Shown here: in pieces, positions 1 to 6,902 of the stretch
Numbering within the stretch: the stretch's first letter is position 1
How the letters are laid out: each line of letters opens with the position of its first letter
DNA from: a virus
Taxonomy: Duplodnaviria > Caudoviricetes
Length of the DNA: 24,137 nt
IMG/VR virus record: IMGVR_UViG_3300017832_000011
Span: 1 to 24,137 of that record
Direction: 5' to 3' (one strand)
Translations under genes and position numbers: made by a program
The notes under the pieces: model-generated
The model's input: only the letters and a program-made list of their open reading frames with translations
What the model was told of the DNA's origin: nothing
The model's database searches: none

Positions 1-123
1 GACTTATCAAGTCTGGTAGTGATACTTTATAGTATTAGAGAAGCTAAAGTCGGTAAATTCTTTCAAACTCCGACTTGGCTTCTCTTTTTGTTTGCCTTCG
101 GGGGTATTCGGCTTAAAAAAAAA
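1..123. repeat. Terminal direct repeat, copy 1 (circular assembly overlap)
   Basis: 1-123 is identical to 24015-24137 (GACTTATCAAG...GGCTTAAAAAAAAA); the unit genome is 24,014 bp. Confidence 0.95.
37..89 (+). terminator. Intrinsic terminator ending the late/tail operon across the circular junction
   Basis: AGAGAAGCTAAAGTCGG (37-53) pairs with CCGACTTGGCTTCTCT (70-85), then a T-run; it lies about 55 nt after the last tail gene stop on the circle. Confidence 0.8.
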
Positions 124-150
124 TTCTTATTATATTTTGTATTATTTTAG

Positions 151-179
151 TTGACAAATCTGATAACGTCCTGTATAAT
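151..179 (+). promoter_or_regulatory. Consensus SigA/sigma70 promoter P1
   Basis: TTGACA (151-156), 17-nt spacer, TATAAT (174-179), with AT-rich upstream sequence. Confidence 0.9.
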
Positions 180-208
180 GAAGGTGAAAATAGTTGGAGG
201 TGGTTAGG

Positions 209-448
209 TTGAAACCTGTGGCTTTCAAGATTGGCGAATTCTCGAGGTTGACTGGCGTCCCCATCGTAACGCTTCGTTACTGGGACAAAAAGGGTAAACT
301 GGTTGCTAATCGAACGTTAGGTGGTGATCGGGTTTACACGGAAAGAGAGGTTCGTCAGTTGTACGAGTTGATGCTTGAAAGTAACAAAAGGAACTACAAG
401 CACTATTCGGAAGAGCAGTTGAATCGGGTTAAGTCGTTGCTTGATTAA
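209..448 (+). CDS. Stand-alone MerR-superfamily winged HTH (BldC / IS607 TnpA N-terminal / Xis-like) DNA-binding protein
   Basis: FKIGEFSRLTGVPIVTLRYWDKKGKLVANRTLGGDRVYTEREVRQL fits the MerR-like pattern. SD GGAGGTG at 196-202 favours the TTG at 209 over 194. Confidence 0.85.
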   Translation: MKPVAFKIGEFSRLTGVPIVTLRYWDKKGKLVANRTLGGDRVYTEREVRQLYELMLESNKRNYKHYSEEQLNRVKSLLD

Positions 449-623
449 GGGGTAATGAGGGGGTATAAATGCTGTGTGCTACGCTACACAGCATATGCGA
501 GGGTTGACAATATTATACCTGTCCTACCTTAAAAAGGTTATTTATTAAGTACTTCTTAATGGTCTATTGAAGTCGTGGGTTTGTTATCACCTACTTTATA
601 CCTAATACAAGGAGGTTAACACT

Positions 624-1370
624 ATGACGGTAATGTCCGCACTTAGAGCATCGCTTGGATTGGAGACTAGTCCTTCGAATCTTGAGTTTTCTTATATCGA
701 GAACGTGCATCGATTAGGTTTGAACGTGGACAAACTTTTAGAGAAGTACTTCGAGTCGAGGGGTTTAAGGGACAATAAAAAGCGTGTTGAGATAGCGAAG
801 ATTGTCTTGAATGCTAAACCGGTTCGTAACAATCGATTCTTCTTATCTATTAAGGATGAGTACTATGTTGTTTTCGACTTGTTCAATGCGTATAGACATG
901 ATAACCACGGAGTTGACTACAAGGGCAACGGGTTCTTAGTAAATCGTGACGACTACGAGTTAGAGGTTACGGAGGACGGAGATAATATTCTTGTTACTGA
1001 CTTGGATACTGGAGATTCGTTCCTTCTTATCGATAACGGTCGCCTTAACTTCAGGGGTATTAAGCATAAGGGAGTAAACAACTATACGTTCCAAACGGCG
1101 GACCCTAAACGTGGGTTTAAGGGATACCCTGCACTTCGATTCAATAATTCCCATTCTGACTCGTTAAGAGTACATGCCATTATCTTCGCTTTTTGGTGGG
1201 GTATTGAGATAGCTTGTCAATGTATCGGAGATAAGGCGAGTGGGAGAGAGTACGATATCCATCACGTTGTACCGTTCTCTAAGTCTTTCGATAACTCACC
1301 TGACAATCTTCGTTGTTTGAGAACGGAAGACCACGAGGAGTTACACGGTCGATTCTGGGAGAAGGGGTGA
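624..1370 (+). CDS. HNH endonuclease (C-terminal HNH, I-HmuI/HNH_3-like) with an unknown N-terminal domain
   Basis: GYPALR...RVHAII...DIHHV...DNSPDNLRCL...HEELH motif; AAGGAGG SD upstream. Confidence 0.75.
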   Translation: MTVMSALRASLGLETSPSNLEFSYIENVHRLGLNVDKLLEKYFESRGLRDNKKRVEIAKIVLNAKPVRNNRFFLSIKDEYYVVFDLFNAYRHDNHGVDYKGNGFLVNRDDYELEVTEDGDNILVTDLDTGDSFLLIDNGRLNFRGIKHKGVNNYTFQTADPKRGFKGYPALRFNNSHSDSLRVHAIIFAFWWGIEIACQCIGDKASGREYDIHHVVPFSKSFDNSPDNLRCLRTEDHEELHGRFWEKG

Positions 1371-1376
1371 TTGAAG

Positions 1377-2216
1377 ATGCTCACTTTCTCGTTGAACGTA
1401 CCGCTTGATATCGTGGCTGACTCTAATAAGGTCGAACAATATTTCTGGGCAGTTAAACGGGGGTATATCTACGAGGAGTGGGCGTCTCAATACTACCTAA
1501 ACGCTGTCGAGAAGGAAGTTCAAAAAGGGTCGGCTGATTTCTTAGCCAAACGGAATATTGATTGGTATTATCAAGCTCAGGTTAAGAGGGGTAAACGACT
1601 TGTTCCGATAGTCGATAATGCGGAGGATAGGGATACCCCCTTAAACGGGGGTATTCCTGAAAGCCTTATCCCTGACCCTAAAGCAGAGTTAGATTACGAA
1701 GGTGTTGAGGCGGACTTGGTCAGGGAAGATATTATAAAGGACTGGTTGTTGTTGTACGTTACAGTCCTTGTCTTGGAGGGGTATGATTTGGTGGGTCTTT
1801 TGAAGCAGTATTTGAAGGACAAGAGTACGAGTTGTTGTGGAAGAATACCTAAACGCTTCTTAACACTTCATCCTCTTGGAGAGACGTTTGTATTCAGGTT
1901 TACTAAGCAAGAAGAGGTTGACATGTTTAATAAAAAGTACGACCCAAAGGGTAACCCTGAGATGAATGGTTATACCGTTCATGTTTGTAACTGTAAGCAA
2001 GTTAGAGCGGACCGAGCGAAGAAGTTAAGAAATCTTAGAGTTATATACAAGATGGACGACTTGTTGCTCGCTATCTTAAGTGATTCTGAGACTTTTAGAC
2101 AGTGTTTGACGGACTTCGATGAAACTTTGGAGAGATACGACACTAACTTCAAGTTGACTCTCGAAGAGTACTACGAGATTCGAGATAAAGGGTTTGCAGG
2201 TAAGGAGTACTTTTAA
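1377..2216 (+). CDS. Hypothetical protein, possibly a Zn-binding transcription factor
   Basis: About 280-aa ORF coupled to the HNH gene; SD AAGGGGTGA precedes ATG 1377; SCCG...HVCNC cluster. Function not recognised. Confidence 0.6.
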   Translation: MLTFSLNVPLDIVADSNKVEQYFWAVKRGYIYEEWASQYYLNAVEKEVQKGSADFLAKRNIDWYYQAQVKRGKRLVPIVDNAEDRDTPLNGGIPESLIPDPKAELDYEGVEADLVREDIIKDWLLLYVTVLVLEGYDLVGLLKQYLKDKSTSCCGRIPKRFLTLHPLGETFVFRFTKQEEVDMFNKKYDPKGNPEMNGYTVHVCNCKQVRADRAKKLRNLRVIYKMDDLLLAILSDSETFRQCLTDFDETLERYDTNFKLTLEEYYEIRDKGFAGKEYF

Positions 2217-2231
2217 GGAGGTGGAGTACAA

Positions 2232-3329
2232 ATGGTGGATACTTCTCGGCTTCGTTTAATAAAAGGAGGTAAGGAGGACGTTGAAGACTCTTTTGTGTTA
2301 GTTAGACCGCATAAAAAGATTACTAGGATGCTTGACTATGCTAAGAACGAGTATAGGTTTGTTAAAAACAGTTTGAATGGACGACACTACTGCAGGGGTT
2401 TTAGGTTCTCGGGTCGTGATAATGGGAAACTTCAAGGGTATCGCTTCTATATCGGGGGTATTTTGTTTGACGTACCTTTACGGGTAGTTGAAAAGTTACC
2501 TGCTGATTATCTTCAGGTTTATCTCCCTTCCATCGATGATATTTATGTTCGACTTTCTTCTTGGGTTGATAAAGAGACAGGTCAATCGTTGTGGGTTTCT
2601 TGTTTGGAGCGTTACGAGGTAAACGGTAGGATAGTTGAGTCTTACGAGATTAAGTCAGTTGAGCAGTTAAAGTATATCTTAGGGGTATATCGGGAGAGAG
2701 GAACACCTGATATTGACTTCTTCAAGCGTTTGGAGAGTGTTGAGCAAGTGAACAAGTCGACTTCTCCAAATGTTGAACAAGTGAACAAGTCGACTTCTCC
2801 AGTCACTTCTCCAAAGGCTGAACAAGTGAACAAGTCGACTTCTCCAGTCACTTGTTCACTCGCCAGTTCGCTTCCGTTATTGGATAATTTGAAGCTTCTT
2901 CCTCAAATCTTAGACCTGCTTCAACAAGTAAATGCTAAGTTAGACGGTTTATCTGTCGAACAAGCTTCTGAGGTTAAAGAGGTAGTTAATACTATCAAGG
3001 AGACAGTACACTACGTTGAAGAGGACTTGAGGTTTAAGAGTGAGATTGATTTGAGTCACCCTCAAGTCCATGCGTTCTTGTACCGATTGTTAACTCGAAT
3101 TGACGAGTTGCGTGGTCGGGGGTATAGTGAACGTAAAAGTTTTAAGGAAGTTAAGTATGAGATGGATATTGAAGGTAGTGAGTTAAACGTCTTAAAGAAG
3201 GAGTTCTTAAAGTATGGCAACAATAGGAAAACGGATGTGTCGGAGCACAATATTCGGGACTACTATAAAAACCGATATTGTATTGTAAATGGTAAAGTAG
3301 TAAGAAGGCCTGACGCGGATAAAAGGTAA
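2232..3329 (+). CDS. Hypothetical protein with internal DNA repeats; candidate replication initiator
   Basis: 365-aa ORF with AAGGAGGTG SD; EQVNKSTSP three times in a linker, then a coiled coil and a basic C-terminus. The initiator role is inference. Confidence 0.55.
   Translation: MVDTSRLRLIKGGKEDVEDSFVLVRPHKKITRMLDYAKNEYRFVKNSLNGRHYCRGFRFSGRDNGKLQGYRFYIGGILFDVPLRVVEKLPADYLQVYLPSIDDIYVRLSSWVDKETGQSLWVSCLERYEVNGRIVESYEIKSVEQLKYILGVYRERGTPDIDFFKRLESVEQVNKSTSPNVEQVNKSTSPVTSPKAEQVNKSTSPVTCSLASSLPLLDNLKLLPQILDLLQQVNAKLDGLSVEQASEVKEVVNTIKETVHYVEEDLRFKSEIDLSHPQVHAFLYRLLTRIDELRGRGYSERKSFKEVKYEMDIEGSELNVLKKEFLKYGNNRKTDVSEHNIRDYYKNRYCIVNGKVVRRPDADKR
2741..2860. repeat. Three 28-bp direct repeats plus an inverted partial copy (iteron-like)
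   Basis: TGA(G/A)CAAGTGAACAAGTCGACTTCTCCA at 2741-2768, 2774-2801 and 2819-2846; inverted CACTTGTTCACT at 2849-2860. Confidence 0.9.
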
Positions 3330-3344
3330 TGTATTGACTTGAGT

Positions 3345-3374
3345 GGGAACCGTCCAGTACGGTTCCTTTTGTTT
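3345..3374 (+). terminator. Intrinsic terminator after the HNH operon
   Basis: GGGAACCGT-CCAGT-ACGGTTCCT stem followed by TTTGTTT. Confidence 0.85.
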
Positions 3375-3640
3375 GTCAAGGGGTATTCTAATTCTAACTC
3401 TTTTGAATCTTTTTATAAGGCTTTTGTACTTTTTTATAAATAGTTTGGATAGTTTTATAAAAGTTTATAAAGTTCGTTTTTGTACTCTTGAGTTTTTGTG
3501 GCGAGTTTGGTGTGTAAAAGTTTATTAAGTTTTGTTGACTTGTAAACTTGTTTGCTACTTTTATTCCACCTACGGAGTTAGTTTTATATAAAGTGGGAGA
3601 AGGGAAAAGGACGTTGATTTACACTCGATAGATAAAAGTA

Positions 3641-3669
3641 TTGACAAATCTGATAACGTACTGTATAAT
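3641..3669 (+). promoter_or_regulatory. Consensus SigA promoter P2, 28/29 identical to P1
   Basis: TTGACA (3641-3646), AATCTGATAACGTACTG, TATAAT (3664-3669). Confidence 0.9.
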
Positions 3670-3699
3670 AGAAGTATGAATATAAAGGAGGTTTTCTAA

Positions 3700-3969
3700 A
3701 TGGCAGAAGCAAGGGCAGGTCTTACGATGGGTGAGTTGGCGGTTTTGGCTGTAAAGGACGGTGTTTGTATAGATGAAGATGGGCAAGCTTGGCGATTCGG
3801 TGTAAGAGAGGTCGAGTCAGGGTTTGAGGTGTTTTTCAAGCAAGAGGATAATGGTGATGAGGTTGTAAAAAGGTATTCATTGGTAGAGGAGTTTTCAAAA
3901 CAAATGGATAATGGTGAGGAAGTAGTTGTAAAAAGGTATTCCTTTGGAGGTGCAAGAGGTTGTCCGTAG
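3700..3969 (+). CDS. Small acidic hypothetical protein, paralog A
   Basis: AAGGAGG SD; first gene after P2; shares the DEDGQxWRxGVRExESGFExFxKQExNGxEVVxKRYS block with the next gene. Confidence 0.8.
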   Translation: MAEARAGLTMGELAVLAVKDGVCIDEDGQAWRFGVREVESGFEVFFKQEDNGDEVVKRYSLVEEFSKQMDNGEEVVVKRYSFGGARGCP

Positions 3970-4265
3970 CTGAAACAGTCCATAAGGAGGTTTTGCGTTT
4001 GTTTGGGGATGAAATGTTTAATCGTGAGGTTGACCAGTTAGTCGAGCATACGGAGTATGATCTGTTACTGGAGCAGTTGGCGGAGGTTGTCCGTAACGAC
4101 CTTCATGCGTTTATGCATAGCAGGGGTATTCGAGTGGATGAAGATGGGCAAACTTGGCGATACGGCGTAAGGGAGTGTGAATCGGGGTTTGAGGCGTTTT
4201 TAAAGCAAGAGGGTAATGGTGAGGAAGTAGTTGTAAAAAGGTATTCCTTGTTTGAGGAGGGGTAA
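3960..4265 (+). CDS. Small acidic hypothetical protein, paralog B
   Basis: GGAGGTG SD upstream of the TTG; about 23 D/E versus about 11 K/R; paralogous C-terminal block. Confidence 0.8.
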   Translation: MSVAETVHKEVLRLFGDEMFNREVDQLVEHTEYDLLLEQLAEVVRNDLHAFMHSRGIRVDEDGQTWRYGVRECESGFEAFLKQEGNGEEVVVKRYSLFEEG

Positions 4266-4267
4266 TC

Positions 4268-4459
4268 GTGAAGCCTTTTAGAGATATTGAAGATAGGGAG
4301 TATTCTCCGAAGGAGTTTTCTCTCTTGACTGGAATTCCTTATCGTACCTTAGTAAGATACGATGAAAAAGGCTACTTAGTAGCAGGTAGGACGAGTACTA
4401 ATCGTAGGTTCTACACTAAAGAGCACTATTTGCAAGTATATCGTGGTTTTCGTATTTAG
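4268..4459 (+). CDS. Stand-alone MerR-like HTH (IS607 TnpA N-terminal / BldC / Xis-like)
   Basis: YSPKEFSLLTGIPYRTLVRYDEKGYLVAGRTSTNRRFYT; GAGGAGG SD; no catalytic domain follows. Confidence 0.85.
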   Translation: MKPFRDIEDREYSPKEFSLLTGIPYRTLVRYDEKGYLVAGRTSTNRRFYTKEHYLQVYRGFRI

Positions 4460-4473
4460 TGGGGGTAAACCTT

Positions 4474-4517
4474 AAACGCTTTTAGCGGAGATTGTCCGTT
4501 GAAGGCGTTTTTGTTTT
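4474..4517 (+). terminator. Intrinsic terminator of the P2 operon
   Basis: AAACGCTTTTAGCGGA-GATTG-TCCGTTGAAGGCGTTT 16-bp stem with G-U pairs, then TTGTTTT. Confidence 0.85.
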
Positions 4518-4721
4518 GGAAAGTTACTTAGTATTTCTCCAAATTAAGAAGTAAATTGGCGATATAAAACTATATTTGGTAGGAGTAGGGTTATGCCATG
4601 CCCTACCCTACCTCCTTAAGGTATGCCCCTTCTGTATACCTTGCGGAAGGGGCAGATGCTAATGGTTTATTCTTTTATCTGAATTTGCATTATTGCAGTC
4701 CAAAAACAAGGGGTGATAAAG

Positions 4722-5375
4722 ATGACACGTAAAGGTGCTAGATGCTCTTACGACAAGTTGAATATAAATGCAAAACTGGCGACTATCGAGCAGTGGTATA
4801 GAGAGGGAAAGTTCGATGATTGGGTCGCCCGTCAATTGGGGGTATCTGAGCGTACCTTATATAATTGGCTTGAACGGGGTAACCCTGCGAATAAGGCGAA
4901 GCTTGACGAGGTTGAGGCTACGTTTGGCGATAATGGTGAATCTGGCGCTAATTCTGTATACGATCCTAAGTATACTCCTTTCTTTGAGGCTAGGGAAAGG
5001 GGTAAAGCTCCTGCAAATGAAAAGCTTGAGAATCGTGCTTGGGAATTGGCGCTGGGCGAGTATGAGCATGAGGAGGTGGTCATCGGATGGTCGGACGGTG
5101 TGGCTACTGAGTATAGATACCGTAAACGGCTACCGCCTAATGCGAATCTGTTGTGGCGTTTATTGGTCAATCGTATGCCTGAGAAGTATACCAACCGTCA
5201 AGAGGTTGTGCATAGTGGGGGTATTGATTCAACGCATCGAATACTTGCAAATGTCCCTGACGAGGAGTTGGCGCGTATTAAGCAAATCGCCCTACTCGCC
5301 CAAAACCGCCGTCTTGAGGTAGTGCAAGATGAAGAGGTTGAGGAGCCGATTGACGAGGGTGATTTTGATGGTTGA
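4722..5375 (+). CDS. terS: Terminase small subunit
   Basis: N-terminal HTH (VARQLGVSERTLYNW), ENRAWELALG, PPNANLLWRLLVNRMPEKY motifs; directly upstream of TerL. SD AAGGGGTGA favours ATG 4722. Confidence 0.8.
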   Translation: MTRKGARCSYDKLNINAKLATIEQWYREGKFDDWVARQLGVSERTLYNWLERGNPANKAKLDEVEATFGDNGESGANSVYDPKYTPFFEARERGKAPANEKLENRAWELALGEYEHEEVVIGWSDGVATEYRYRKRLPPNANLLWRLLVNRMPEKYTNRQEVVHSGGIDSTHRILANVPDEELARIKQIALLAQNRRLEVVQDEEVEEPIDEGDFDG

Positions 5376-6888
5376 TAGTTCTACTTATCAATCTCTTATC
5401 CAAGGGGTCGACCCTCAAGTTCTTTTGCGTTTAATAGAGTTAGAGGAGCGAGAGAGGTTAAAGGAGCGAGCAAGAAATAATTACCTCGACTATGTGGACT
5501 ATGTCCATGAGGGGGTATTCAAGCGTACTCGTCACGCAGTTGTAGTTTGTAATGCGATACAGGAAGCGTTAAACGAATCTGAACGTATTATGAGTAAGGT
5601 GGAAAGAGGTGAGCCACTAACGGATGATGAGGGGGTAGTTGTTCTTTTAATATCTATGCCCCCGCAACATGGTAAATCGTTGGTGGTAGCTGAGACTCTA
5701 CCTTCGTACTTCAACTGTCGCCATCCGAACAAAAACTCCTTGATTATAAGTTACAATCAAAATTCTGCACGTAAGTTTGGTAGGCGTAACCGGTATAAAA
5801 TCGAACGCTTCGCAAATGAGCTTTTTAACGAGCAGTTGGATGACTCTAACTCGTCGGTTGAGGAGTTTGGCTTAAAGGGTCGAACGGGGATTATTAAGTC
5901 GGTGGGTATAAACGGGACAATCACAGGTCATATGGGTAACTTGGTTATTATTGACGACCCTTATAAAAACGGTAGAGAGGCAAACTCTCCGACTATTAGG
6001 CGGAGTATACAAGATACCTTGGAGGACTCGGTGTTAACTCGTTTGCATCCTGGGACTCTGCTTATAGTCGTGCATACAAGGTGGCATGAGGACGACCTTA
6101 TCGCTTATCTGTCGAACTTTTATGGTAATAGGGCAAGGGTATTGTCCATACCTGCTGAATGTGAAGATGAGGCTACTGACCCTCTTGGTCGCAAGTTAGG
6201 GGAGTTCTTGTGGGAAGAGCATCACGGTCGTCAATACTATCTTGACCGTAAACGTAATAGTCGAGTTTGGTCGGCCTTGTACCAACAACGTCCTGCACCG
6301 CAAGAAGGTGCGATGTTCCGTAAGTCCTCTTTCCGCTTCTATGCGAAGGAAAAGTTCTTCATCCCGAGAACGAATAAGTTCGACTTCAGTAAGTTTAAGT
6401 ATTTGGTCATGTCGTGGGATTGTGCGTTTGAGGGTAATGCGACTAGCGACTATGTGGTCGGTCATGTTTGGGGGTATTCGGAGGGCAACTATTATTTAAT
6501 TGATCGATTTAGAAAGCAGGTTGACTTCGTTGACTCGCATGCGCATATTTATGCGTTTATCAAGAAGTACCCTGCGGTTAAAACCATCTTGATTGAACGT
6601 AAAGCAAACGGCTCGGCTATTATCAACACTTTGGAACGGCGAAATGGCGTAAGGGGTATTAAGGGTATATCGCCAACGGAGTCAAAGGAACGTAGAGCCG
6701 AGAATGTTGCTTATCTTGTCAATGATGGGAGAGTCTTTCTACCTGAAGACGACCCTACAATAGACGATTTTATTGAAGAGTTCGGTAACTTCCCGTATGG
6801 TAAAAACGATGATGAAGTTGACGCCTTCACCCAAGCAGTTAGTTATATCGAAGAGAAGATTCACAATAAAGCAAAAGTTCGCTTCTAA
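5368..6888 (+). CDS. terL: Terminase large subunit
   Basis: Walker A MPPQHGKS, Walker B LVIIDDP, TRWHEDDL, and nuclease motifs SWD, IERKANG, NDDEVDA. Start moved to ATG 5368 on SD evidence. Confidence 0.95.
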   Translation: MVDSSTYQSLIQGVDPQVLLRLIELEERERLKERARNNYLDYVDYVHEGVFKRTRHAVVVCNAIQEALNESERIMSKVERGEPLTDDEGVVVLLISMPPQHGKSLVVAETLPSYFNCRHPNKNSLIISYNQNSARKFGRRNRYKIERFANELFNEQLDDSNSSVEEFGLKGRTGIIKSVGINGTITGHMGNLVIIDDPYKNGREANSPTIRRSIQDTLEDSVLTRLHPGTLLIVVHTRWHEDDLIAYLSNFYGNRARVLSIPAECEDEATDPLGRKLGEFLWEEHHGRQYYLDRKRNSRVWSALYQQRPAPQEGAMFRKSSFRFYAKEKFFIPRTNKFDFSKFKYLVMSWDCAFEGNATSDYVVGHVWGYSEGNYYLIDRFRKQVDFVDSHAHIYAFIKKYPAVKTILIERKANGSAIINTLERRNGVRGIKGISPTESKERRAENVAYLVNDGRVFLPEDDPTIDDFIEEFGNFPYGKNDDEVDAFTQAVSYIEEKIHNKAKVRF

Positions 6889-6902
6889 AGAGGAGGGGTA
6901 TT

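Noticed and set aside
1-123. Biological terminal repeat or att site
   Set aside because: Cannot be told apart from an assembler's circular overlap; it is far from terS and there is no integrase. Read-end analysis would be needed.
2741-2860. Possible mini CRISPR array
   Set aside because: Inter-repeat segments are only 5 and 17 bp and partly repeat-derived; the array is in-frame within a CDS; no cas genes.
3343-3528. 61-aa + strand ORF
   Set aside because: Starts inside the terminator hairpin, lacks an SD and runs through low-complexity T-rich DNA.
3849-4249. 36-bp repeats as a CRISPR array or DGR template/variable repeats
   Set aside because: Coding and irregularly spaced; differences are not adenine-specific; no reverse transcriptase is present.
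4268-4459. IS607 insertion sequence
   Set aside because: Only the HTH is present; no serine-recombinase domain or tnpB follows, and a terminator comes directly after.
4768-5322. 184-aa alternative-frame ORF within terS
   Set aside because: Fully nested in terS, no SD, composition typical of an off-frame translation.
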